NCBI GenBank assembly: GCA_028712565.1 | Contig: JAQTPW010000002.1 | Location: 99,601 to 163,600, forward strand | Length of the DNA stretch: 64,000 nt | Direction: 5' to 3' | Source: Minisyncoccota bacterium | GTDB lineage: Bacteria; Patescibacteriota; Minisyncoccia; Minisyncoccales; JAQTPW01 | Shown here: one piece after another, positions 30,256 through 42,176 of the stretch | How positions within the stretch are numbered: the first letter of the stretch is position 1 | How the letters are laid out: every line of letters begins with the position of its first letter | Made by a program: the position numbers and the translations under genes | The notes under the pieces: generated by a model | The model's input: the letters and a program-made list of their open reading frames with translations, nothing else | What the model was told of the DNA's origin: nothing | The model's database searches: none

Positions 30256-31992
30256 ATGCCAATTTTAATTCAGCAGTTATTAAAAAAAGGGCTTTTAGAC
30301 AAAGAAAAAGCAGCCTCTCTTGAGTATGAGGTTAAGAACTCAGGAAAAAAGGAAGAAGAAGTAATTCTGGAAAAACAGCTGGTTTCAGAAGTTGTTTTAT
30401 TTGCTTTAAAAGGCGAAGAGTTAAAAATTCCTTTTAAAGAAGATGTCCCTGCAGAAGAAGTGTCTTTGACTCTTTTGGAAATGATTCCTGAGGAATCGGC
30501 AAAATATTACAAAATGATTCCTTTGGTAAAAGGGGATGATTTTTTGGAAGTTGGCATGGTTTACCCGGAAGACTTAAGGGCGCAAGAAGCTCTTAAATTT
30601 TTGTCCCGGCAGGGAAAATTCACTTGCCGCATTTTTTTAATAACGCTGACCACCTTTAATAATCTTTTAAAACAGTACAGGACTTTGAGAGGAGAAGTGA
30701 AAAAGGCTTTGGAAGAACTGGAAACCGAACTGAAAGTTGAAAAAGTTGAGCAGACGCCAACAAAGCCGACTGAATTTGAAAGGTTAGTTGAAGAAGCGCC
30801 AATTTCCAAAGTCGTGGCTGTTATTTTGCGCCATGCTGTAGAGGGCGGAGCTTCCGATATCCACATTGAGCCGACAAGAGACAAATTAAGAATCCGTTTC
30901 AGGCTAGACGGCGTGCTTCACTCAAGCATTTTAATGCCTTTGAGAATCCATCCGGCGGTCATTGCCAGAATTAAAATCCTTTCTAACTTAAAGATTGATG
31001 AAACAAGAATTCCTCAAGACGGGAGATTTTCCACAAAAGTTGACGACAAAGAAATTGATTTCAGGGTTTCAACTTTTCCTACGGCTTTGGGGGAAAAAGT
31101 TGCTTTGAGAATTTTGGATCCGGCAGAAGGCTTGAAAAGTTTTGAAGATTTGGGCTTGGAAGGAAGAAATTTCAAAGTTGTAAAGGAAGCAATTGAAAAA
31201 CCGTATGGTTTAATTTTGTCTACGGGCCCTACGGGTTCTGGAAAAACTACGACTTTGTACGCCATTTTAAATATCTTAAATAAAGAAGGGGTAAATATTG
31301 TTACCTTGGAAGACCCAATTGAATATTTTGTTGAGGGAATAAACCAATCCCAGATAAAGCCGGAAATTGGTTATGATTTTGCTACGGGCTTGAGGCATAT
31401 ATTAAGGCAAGATCCAAACATCATTATGGTGGGAGAAATCAGGGATCAGGAAACGGCAAACTTGGCAACTCATGCGGCTTTAACCGGCCATATAGTTTTG
31501 TCAACACTGCACACAAACGACGCCTTGGGAGTGATTCCGAGATTAGTGGATTTGGGAGTAGAGCCTTTTTTGATTTCTCCTACTTTGAGCGTGGCTTTGG
31601 CCCAAAGATTGGTTAGAAAATTGTGCCCGTTTTGCAAAAAAAAGGTAGTTCCGCCCAAAAAAATAAAAGATTTAATTTCAAAAGAGCTGGCAAGCCTTCC
31701 CCTAATTGTTAAAAAGGACATTCCTTTTTCTCTTCAGGATATTTTTGTATTTGAGCCAGTCGGCTGCAAAAAGTGCAATTTTAAGGGTTATTCAGGAAGA
31801 ATCGCGGTTTTTGAAGTTTTATCCATGACTAGCCAGCTGTCCGAAACCATATTAAAAGACCTTTCAGAAAACAAAATTTTTGAAGAGGCAAAGCGCCAAG
31901 GCATGTCTACCATGATACAAGACGGAATTTTAAAAGCTTTGGCAGGAGTTACTTCAATAGAGGAGGTTTTAAGGGTAACAAAAGAAAGATAA
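30256..31992 (+). CDS. pilB: Type IV pilus assembly ATPase PilB (GspE family)
   Basis: Walker A GPTGSGKTTT, Asp/His boxes, and the tetracysteine CPFC...CKKC motif. Confidence 0.93.
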   Translation: MPILIQQLLKKGLLDKEKAASLEYEVKNSGKKEEEVILEKQLVSEVVLFALKGEELKIPFKEDVPAEEVSLTLLEMIPEESAKYYKMIPLVKGDDFLEVGMVYPEDLRAQEALKFLSRQGKFTCRIFLITLTTFNNLLKQYRTLRGEVKKALEELETELKVEKVEQTPTKPTEFERLVEEAPISKVVAVILRHAVEGGASDIHIEPTRDKLRIRFRLDGVLHSSILMPLRIHPAVIARIKILSNLKIDETRIPQDGRFSTKVDDKEIDFRVSTFPTALGEKVALRILDPAEGLKSFEDLGLEGRNFKVVKEAIEKPYGLILSTGPTGSGKTTTLYAILNILNKEGVNIVTLEDPIEYFVEGINQSQIKPEIGYDFATGLRHILRQDPNIIMVGEIRDQETANLATHAALTGHIVLSTLHTNDALGVIPRLVDLGVEPFLISPTLSVALAQRLVRKLCPFCKKKVVPPKKIKDLISKELASLPLIVKKDIPFSLQDIFVFEPVGCKKCNFKGYSGRIAVFEVLSMTSQLSETILKDLSENKIFEEAKRQGMSTMIQDGILKALAGVTSIEEVLRVTKER

Positions 31993-31997
31993 ATAAA

Positions 31998-32366
31998 ATG
32001 AAAAAATCAGTTTTATTAGTTGAAGACGATCCGTTTTTAATTGATATTTACGCGGCCAAATTAAAAGAGGCAGATTATTCAATTGATATCGTTGAGGACG
32101 GGGAGGCAACCAGAAGAAAGCTTCAGGAAAAAACTCCCGATGTCATAGTGCTGGATCTTGTCCTGCCGAAAATTGACGGCTGGGAAATTTTAAAAGAAAT
32201 AAAAGCCGACTCAAAATTAAGCAATATACCCGTAGTAATCCTTTCCAATCTTGGACAAAAATCAGAGGTTGAAAGAGGGTTGGCTATGGGCGCTACAAAA
32301 TATTTAATAAAAGCCCACTATACTCCAAGCGAAGTAATAGAGGAAATTAAAAAGGTTACCCAATAA
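31998..32366 (+). CDS. Single-domain response regulator (CheY-like receiver)
   Basis: VLLVEDD...VIVLDLVLPKIDGWEIL...K receiver signature. Embedded between pilB and pilT. Confidence 0.85.
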   Translation: MKKSVLLVEDDPFLIDIYAAKLKEADYSIDIVEDGEATRRKLQEKTPDVIVLDLVLPKIDGWEILKEIKADSKLSNIPVVILSNLGQKSEVERGLAMGATKYLIKAHYTPSEVIEEIKKVTQ

Positions 32367-32375
32367 ATAAAAAAT

Positions 32376-33440
32376 ATGGCAAATAATATAGAACAATTAG
32401 AAGATTTATTATCAATTACAATCCAGGAACAGGCATCTGATCTTCATATTTCAGCGGGCCATCCGCCGATTTTAAGGATAAGCGGGAGATTAATTCCCTT
32501 GAAAAGAAAAGTTATTTTGCCCGAAGAATCAGAGAGTTTGGCCACGGACCTGATGAACGAGGAACAAAAGCAGAAATTTCTGAGAGAAAAAGAAATTGAT
32601 TTTTCCTACAATTTCAAAGACCAGTCGCGCTTTAGGGTAAATATTTTTTACCAGAGAGGATATGTTTCTCTGGCTTTAAGATTGATTCAGGCAAAAATCA
32701 GGACAATTGAAGAATTAGGGCTTCCTCCTATTTTGCATGAGTTTACAAAAGCCACCCAAGGATTTGTTGTTGTAACCGGGCCGTCTTCGCAGGGAAAGTC
32801 CACAACTCTGGCAGCTTTGATTGATGAAATAAACCATTCAAGGTCAGAGCACGTAATTACTATTGAAGATCCTATAGAATATGTTTTTCAGGATGACAGA
32901 TGCATCATTGAACAGAGGGAAGTTTATATAGATTCTCTTTCTTTTGCCAGTGCCTTGAAGTCAACTTTCCGCCAAGACCCGGATATTATTATGCTAGGAG
33001 AAATGAGGGACCCCGAAAGCACGAGCATTGCCATTACTGCAGCTGAAACCGGACACCTGGTTTTTGCGACTTTACACACAAATTCCGCTTCCCAGACAAT
33101 TCATAGGATAGTTGATTCTTTTCCTCCTGAACAGCAGCAGCAAATCAGGGCGCAGTTATCCAGTTCTCTTTTGGGAGTTATTTCTCAAAGATTAATACCA
33201 AAAATGAAAGGCGGAGTGGCCCCGTCTTGCGAAATAATGATTTCAACTCCGGCTGTGGCAAACTTAATCAGGGAAAATAAAATTCATGAGCTTGACTTGG
33301 TCATTGAAACTTCAGCTGAAGTGGGGATGATTTCTCTAAACAGGTCTTTGGCGGGCTTGGTCAGGGCAAAAGAAGTTTCTCTGGAAACTGCTTTGGGTTA
33401 TTCTTTAAATCCAAATGAATTAAAAAAATTGATTAAATAA
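32376..33440 (+). CDS. pilT: Type IV pilus retraction ATPase PilT
   Basis: ASDLHI N-terminus, Walker A GPSSQGKSTT, and LVFATLHTNSA. Confidence 0.92.
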   Translation: MANNIEQLEDLLSITIQEQASDLHISAGHPPILRISGRLIPLKRKVILPEESESLATDLMNEEQKQKFLREKEIDFSYNFKDQSRFRVNIFYQRGYVSLALRLIQAKIRTIEELGLPPILHEFTKATQGFVVVTGPSSQGKSTTLAALIDEINHSRSEHVITIEDPIEYVFQDDRCIIEQREVYIDSLSFASALKSTFRQDPDIIMLGEMRDPESTSIAITAAETGHLVFATLHTNSASQTIHRIVDSFPPEQQQQIRAQLSSSLLGVISQRLIPKMKGGVAPSCEIMISTPAVANLIRENKIHELDLVIETSAEVGMISLNRSLAGLVRAKEVSLETALGYSLNPNELKKLIK

Positions 33441-33457
33441 TTAATTTTAAAATTAAT

Positions 33458-34663
33458 ATGAAATTCAACTACCAAGCCAGAACAAAAGAAGGGCAAGTCC
33501 AAAAAGGAGTGGTAGAGGCCTCTTCTTCAGATACTGCTTTGATAATTCTGCAAAAATACGGGCTCTATGTCACCTCTTTGGAAGAAGTGGCAAAGGGGCC
33601 GATATATAACAGACAGATAAAGCTTTTTCAAGGAATATCAAAAAAAGATGTGGCTGTTTTCACGCGGCAATTGGCGATTATGTTTAAATCTCAAGTTCCC
33701 ATAGTCGAATCATTAACTGCAATTGCTAGACAGGCTTCAAAAGCGGATTTTAAGGAAAAAATAATGAAGTTAAGCGAAGAAATTGAAGGAGGGAGCCCTT
33801 TATCTTCTGCTTTTAGCATTTATCCCAAACTTTTCTCGCCTTTTTACATTAACATGATAAAGTCCGGGGAAGCCTCGGGAAAACTTACAGAATCTTTGGA
33901 TTATTTAGCCGACCATTTGGAAAAAGAATATAATTTTCAGAATAAAATTAAAGGAGCTATGTTGTACCCTGTTTTTGTCTTTATTGTTTTTGCGGCAGTT
34001 TTTTCGGCTATGATTTTTTTCATTCTGCCTCCTTTAACTCAGGTTTTAAAAGAGACAGGCCAAGAATTGCCGCTAATTACAAAAGCCATAATCGCGTTTT
34101 CTGAATTTTTGAAAAAATGGTTTTGGTTGGCAGTAATTATTCTGGCCGGAGGAATATTTTTCGGCTTAAAATATATTAAAACCGAAGAAGGGAAAAAGGA
34201 TTTCGACAGGTTTTCTTTGAAAATACCCATAATTAGCTCTCTTTTGAAAAAAATTTATTTAACGCGCTTTGCTGAAAACCTTTCTACTTTGATTTCAGGA
34301 GGAATTCCTATTGCCAGGGCCTTGGAGATTTCAGGAGAAGTAGTGGGTAACTATGTTTATAAATCAATTATTTTTACGGCAATGGATGAGGTAAGGAAGG
34401 GAGAACAGATTAGCGCAACTTTGGAAAATTATCCCAATGAAATTTCACCTCTTTTTATCCAAATGGCAATGGTAGGAGAAAAAACAGGAAGATTAGGCAG
34501 CTCTTTGCTGAATATAGTAACTTTTTATCAAGATGAAGTGGATAGGACAATAGACAGTTTAATTAGGCTTTTGGAGCCATTAATGTTAATTGTCCTCGGA
34601 TTAGCGGTAGCCGGATTGCTGGCAGGAGTTTTGCTGCCTCTTTACAGCGTGGGTCTGGGATAG
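33458..34663 (+). CDS. pilC: Type IV pilus platform protein PilC (GspF family)
   Basis: Two GspF repeats and three TM segments. 401 aa. Confidence 0.92.
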   Translation: MKFNYQARTKEGQVQKGVVEASSSDTALIILQKYGLYVTSLEEVAKGPIYNRQIKLFQGISKKDVAVFTRQLAIMFKSQVPIVESLTAIARQASKADFKEKIMKLSEEIEGGSPLSSAFSIYPKLFSPFYINMIKSGEASGKLTESLDYLADHLEKEYNFQNKIKGAMLYPVFVFIVFAAVFSAMIFFILPPLTQVLKETGQELPLITKAIIAFSEFLKKWFWLAVIILAGGIFFGLKYIKTEEGKKDFDRFSLKIPIISSLLKKIYLTRFAENLSTLISGGIPIARALEISGEVVGNYVYKSIIFTAMDEVRKGEQISATLENYPNEISPLFIQMAMVGEKTGRLGSSLLNIVTFYQDEVDRTIDSLIRLLEPLMLIVLGLAVAGLLAGVLLPLYSVGLG

Positions 34664-34676
34664 GAGTTTTCCACAG

Positions 34677-34702
34677 TTGACATCATTATTTTATGCTATA
34701 AT
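34677..34702 (+). promoter_or_regulatory. Candidate promoter of the major pilin gene
   Basis: TTGACA upstream and an extended -10, TGCTATAAT (spacer only 14 nt, so the extended -10 is probably the key element). Confidence 0.45.
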
Positions 34703-34763
34703 TAAGGAATAAAATAAGAAAGGTCGAGTAAGCTTAATTATTTTTAAAATTAGTTTAATCTGT

Positions 34764-35177
34764 ATGAAATTTTTTGCTAAAAAGAAAAAAAGAGGTTTTA
34801 CTTTGATTGAACTTTTGGTTGTCATTGCAATTATCGGAATTTTATCTGCAATAGTTTTAGTGTCATTAAGCAATGCAAGAGACAGAGCTTATGATGCTGA
34901 AATAAAAGGAGAATTGGGGCAAATCAGAGCCGATGCAGAAATTTACTATGATTCAGGTGCAACCTATGCCGGATATACAGTTCCGATCCAATTAGATCCT
35001 CCGGGGTGCAGCGATGATGATGCTGCTTATCAACTCGCAATCGATCCTGCCGATGGTCAGCATTATTTAGCTTTCGCTGATTTGTGCGGAGATACAGGAG
35101 ATTGGTGCGTTGATTCAACAGGCCAAGTAAAAGTAGAAGCAGCTGGAGTTCCTGCGCTTACCTATACTTGCCCATAG
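34764..35177 (+). CDS. pilA: Type IV pilin (probable major pilin)
   Basis: Class III signal KKKRG/FTLIELLVVIAIIGILSAI. The gene has its own promoter and strong terminator. Confidence 0.88.
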   Translation: MKFFAKKKKRGFTLIELLVVIAIIGILSAIVLVSLSNARDRAYDAEIKGELGQIRADAEIYYDSGATYAGYTVPIQLDPPGCSDDDAAYQLAIDPADGQHYLAFADLCGDTGDWCVDSTGQVKVEAAGVPALTYTCP

Positions 35178-35205
35178 TAGTAGGATTATTTTTTCTGATT
35201 TTCAA

Positions 35206-35240
35206 ATTATCCCAAGCCCAAAGGCTTGGGATAATTTATT
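35206..35240 (+). terminator. Rho-independent terminator after pilA
   Basis: AUUAUCCCAAGCC-CAAA-GGCUUGGGAUAAU followed by UUAUUUAU. Confidence 0.75.
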
Positions 35241-35309
35241 TATCCTTGCTTTTGAAAATAAAAATATTAAAATAAGAATAATAGGATTATTCTTTAATTT
35301 TAAATTTAA

Positions 35310-35759
35310 ATGGCATCTTCAAAAAGAAAAGCATTTACTTTAATTGAGTTGTTAGTGGTTATTGCGATAATCGGAATTTTGTCTGCTATTGTTGTTATTT
35401 CTGTAATGGATGCGAGAAATGATGCAAAAAATAAAAGAATGCTAGTTGAACTAAATCAGATCAGGAGCATTGCCGAACTTATTATGGGTGATTCGGGCTC
35501 TTATTCAGACCTTTGTGACGGCACTGACAATACTTTAAACCAATATAATTTAAAATATGGCGAGGAAATAGAAAATCTTGAAGAGAGCTTAAACAATACT
35601 AATGGAAGCAATCCTCCGGCTGCTTGCTATTTAGGCGCGACAAACCAAGATTATTGCGTTTCAATAATAAATGCATCGGGAAACACAGTATGCGTTAGCG
35701 ATGTTGGGCAAATAGGGAATGATACTTGCTCCCTCACAAATTTAGCCTGCGGGCAATAA
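35310..35759 (+). CDS. Type IV pilin, second copy
   Basis: KRKA/FTLIELLVVIAIIGILSAI prepilin signal. Confidence 0.85.
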   Translation: MASSKRKAFTLIELLVVIAIIGILSAIVVISVMDARNDAKNKRMLVELNQIRSIAELIMGDSGSYSDLCDGTDNTLNQYNLKYGEEIENLEESLNNTNGSNPPAACYLGATNQDYCVSIINASGNTVCVSDVGQIGNDTCSLTNLACGQ

Positions 35760-35765
35760 AGGAAA

Positions 35766-36545
35766 ATGCAATTTATTTTTTACGTTTTTGCTTTTATCAT
35801 TGGGTTATTAATCGGCTCTTTTTTAAATTGCGTAATTTATCGTTTGGAAAAAGAAGAGAGCTTTTTAAAAGGCAGGTCTTACTGCCCTTTTTGCAAACAC
35901 CAATTATCATGGCAGGACTTGTTTCCTGTTTTTAGTTTTTTAATTTTAAGAGGAAAATGCCGATATTGCAAAAAGCCAATTTCCTGGCAATATCCTTTAG
36001 TTGAATTAGCCACCGGTTTTTTATTTCTTCTCGTCGCCCAACATTCTTTCCTGAATTTACTAGTTACTAGCTACTGGTTACTAGTTACCAGCCTTCTGAT
36101 TATTATTTTCGTTTTTGATTTAAAACACTTTATAATTCCCGACAAAGTAATTTATGCAGCAATTTTAGCATCTGGCATCTGGTATTTGATAGCTGGCATA
36201 TTTTTACATTTATATAGCGGACAGGAATTATTAATTTTTCTATATTCTGCCTTTTTTGCCGCACTGTTTTTTTTCATAATTGTTTTAATTTCCCGGGGCA
36301 ACTGGATGGGGATTGGAGATATAAAATTGGCTTTTTTTATGGGGCTTTTCTTGGGTTTTCCCAAAATAACAGTCGCTTTATTTTTAGCTTTTCTAATAGG
36401 TGCTATAATAGGAGTAGGGCTGATAATTTCAAGAAAAAGAAAGTTTTCTTCTGAAATACCTTTTGGGCCATTTTTGGTAACTGGAACATTTCTGGCTTTA
36501 TTTTTCGGGCAAAATATAATCAGCTGGTATATAAATTTGTTTTAA
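35766..36545 (+). CDS. pilD: Prepilin peptidase PilD (A24 family)
   Basis: N-terminal CPFC...CRYC zinc motif and a polytopic peptidase domain with GIGDIKL. Confidence 0.9.
   Translation: MQFIFYVFAFIIGLLIGSFLNCVIYRLEKEESFLKGRSYCPFCKHQLSWQDLFPVFSFLILRGKCRYCKKPISWQYPLVELATGFLFLLVAQHSFLNLLVTSYWLLVTSLLIIIFVFDLKHFIIPDKVIYAAILASGIWYLIAGIFLHLYSGQELLIFLYSAFFAALFFFIIVLISRGNWMGIGDIKLAFFMGLFLGFPKITVALFLAFLIGAIIGVGLIISRKRKFSSEIPFGPFLVTGTFLALFFGQNIISWYINLF
36057..36091. repeat. Heptamer repeat inside pilD (ttactag ttactag ctactgg ttactag ttaccag), reverse complement of the tagtaac-type intergenic spacer repeat
   Basis: Translated in the only open frame as LLVTSYWLLVTS. Confidence 0.8.
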
Positions 36546-36549
36546 TTTT

Positions 36550-37101
36550 ATGGCGCTTATTTTAATGAAAAATTCAAATAAAGGGTTTACTCTTGTTGAA
36601 ATCATGGTGGTAATTTCCATTATTGGCATTATGTCTGCGATAACCATTCCAAGGTACAGAAGCGGCCAGAATCATCTCGCCCTGCAAAGAGCAGCCAGCA
36701 AATTAGCGCAAGACATAAGGAGGGCTGAAGAAATGGTGATTTCCTCCGCCGACTGCCCTGCCTGCGGGGGAAGCAGCGCAAGGGGTTACGGGGTTTTTGC
36801 AATTTCTGGCTCTGATAGTTATATATTATATGCCGATACTCAATCACCGGATAAATTTTATTCCGGGTCAGATGCGGTTTTGGAAACAATAAAATTAGAA
36901 AAAAACATTGTTATTTCCGGAATAAATACGCCGCAAAACCAAATAAGCGTAAACTTTGAGCCGCCTGATCCTGCCGTAAATTTAAATTATATGCCCGGCA
37001 GCGAAGTTCCGGAAGCAATAATTACTTTGTCTGTAAACAATAGCCCACTGGAAAATAAAAAAATTCACGTAAATAAAGCGGGGTTAATTTATGTTGAGTA
37101 A
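36550..37101 (+). CDS. Minor pilin (GspH/FimT-like prepilin-type protein)
   Basis: NKG/FTLVEIMVVISIIGIM N-terminal methylation motif. Confidence 0.7.
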   Translation: MALILMKNSNKGFTLVEIMVVISIIGIMSAITIPRYRSGQNHLALQRAASKLAQDIRRAEEMVISSADCPACGGSSARGYGVFAISGSDSYILYADTQSPDKFYSGSDAVLETIKLEKNIVISGINTPQNQISVNFEPPDPAVNLNYMPGSEVPEAIITLSVNNSPLENKKIHVNKAGLIYVE

Positions 37102-37645
37102 AAAATTAAAATCTAAAAGAGGTTTTTCTCTGCTTGAGGTAATTATTTCTGTTTTTATAGTTGCAGTTGGCATAGTTGGAATAACTAATATAATTCCTCA
37201 AATTATTACAACTACGAAAATAAATACTTCGCGCTTGACGGCCGCATATTTGGCGCAAGAAGGCATTGAGATTGTCAGGGCGGTAAGAGACGGGAATTTC
37301 CTGGAAAAAATAAATAATACAAATCCATTGAATACTTGGGACGAAGGATTAACTAATTGTTCGGCAGGCTGTGAAGCGGACTATGCGTGCGCAAATGTTT
37401 CAGATCCCGATCCCTTATCCCAGCCGCAATGCTTTCGGCCATATTCGGAAAATTATTTGAATATAGACGGCAATTTTTATAGTTATTCCAGCGGGATTCC
37501 TACAAAATTTGCAAGGAAAATAACTATAACTCAAGAAGGCACCGGGGACATTTTAAAAGTTTTAGTAGACGTATTTTGGCAGGAAAAAGGAGTAGATAAG
37601 CGGTTTTCTGCCGAGGAAAAAATATACAAATGGATACAAGAATAA
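37091..37645 (+). CDS. Minor pilin (PilV-like)
   Basis: KRG/FSLLEVIISVFIVAVG motif. Confidence 0.65.
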   Translation: MLSKKLKSKRGFSLLEVIISVFIVAVGIVGITNIIPQIITTTKINTSRLTAAYLAQEGIEIVRAVRDGNFLEKINNTNPLNTWDEGLTNCSAGCEADYACANVSDPDPLSQPQCFRPYSENYLNIDGNFYSYSSGIPTKFARKITITQEGTGDILKVLVDVFWQEKGVDKRFSAEEKIYKWIQE

Positions 37646-38205
37646 AAAACAAGGGATTTACTTTAGTTGAAATGATGGTGGCTATTACTATTTTTTCTGT
37701 GATTGTTGGAGCGGCAATCGGAGTTTTCGTTTCGTCTATGAAATCCCAAAGAAAGGTTTTGGCAGAGCAGGAAATTTTGGACCAGACAAGCTATGCTTTA
37801 GAATACATAAGCCGGGCGATAAGAATGGCAAAAAAAGATTCAGGACCCGAATGCCTTTCTCTGGATAATTTGAATTATGAAAAAACCTCAAGCGGAACCG
37901 GGGGGATTAAGTTTAAAACATATCTTGGGGATTATTGCCAGGAATTTTTTAGAGAATGCTCTGGGGGAAAATGTTATTTAGTGGAGAGAAAAACCGAAAT
38001 TGATACAGGTTTTATCACTGAAAATAATTTAACCGCCCCGAATTTAAATGTTGCTTCCTTTAATATCGGGCCTGCAGACACCTGGAGCCAAGATGACAGC
38101 CTCCAGCCGGCAATAACTATTTTTTTTGAGATAGAAGGCAAAGAAAATTCCAAAATAAGCATTCAAACGACAATTTCCCAAAGAAATCTTGATGTTCAAT
38201 ATTAA
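37630..38205 (+). CDS. Minor pilin (PilW-like)
   Basis: NKG/FTLVEMMVAITIFSVIVG motif. Confidence 0.65.
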   Translation: MDTRIKNKGFTLVEMMVAITIFSVIVGAAIGVFVSSMKSQRKVLAEQEILDQTSYALEYISRAIRMAKKDSGPECLSLDNLNYEKTSSGTGGIKFKTYLGDYCQEFFRECSGGKCYLVERKTEIDTGFITENNLTAPNLNVASFNIGPADTWSQDDSLQPAITIFFEIEGKENSKISIQTTISQRNLDVQY

Positions 38206-38206
38206 A

Positions 38207-41749
<3,543 letters not shown>

Positions 41750-41846
41750 CGATATTTTACCCTTGACTGGATATTTAAATTATACGAAAATAAAATAACT
41801 TATCCGGATTTCTGTTGGATATTCTCATAAACAAAAGGAAGGCCCG

Positions 41847-41886
41847 TAAAAAATCCAGCTAAGGTCGAAAATTAAGCTGATTTTTG
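41847..41886. terminator. Bidirectional-shaped rho-independent terminator
   Basis: AAAAAUCCAGCU-(14 nt)-AGCUGAUUUUU. Confidence 0.6.
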
Positions 41887-41973
41887 TTGGGTCTTCCAAT
41901 TTGGATTTTATTAATTCTCAAAATATTGTCAAGAAAATAGAGTTCTTGCCGGATTGGGGATTTCTTTTTGGGC

Positions 41974-42002
41974 TTGACTTCCTTTTTGGCTTAAGCTATA
42001 CT
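41974..42002 (+). promoter_or_regulatory. rpoBC promoter P1
   Basis: TTGACT-17 nt-TATACT. Confidence 0.55.
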
Positions 42003-42024
42003 GAAAATTGGAGTTTTTAGGATA

Positions 42025-42053
42025 TTGACTTTTTTCCCGAAAAGTATTAATAT
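42025..42053 (+). promoter_or_regulatory. rpoBC promoter P2
   Basis: TTGACT-17 nt-TAATAT. Confidence 0.55.
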
Positions 42054-42176
42054 CGAAATAGTTTAAAATTCATTCTTATTTTAAATTGATCTTCTCTTTC
42101 TAAAATAAAAAACAAATTCTCGCCCTAAAATTGCAGCTTAGGGTCTTTTTGATTATTAATTTAATTTCTATTTCTT

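Noticed and set aside
42122-42150. Possible transcription attenuator in the rpoB leader (CCCUAA-9 nt-UUAGGG followed by UCUUUUU).
   Set aside because: The stem is only 6 bp with three G:C pairs. That is too weak to call without conservation or expression data.
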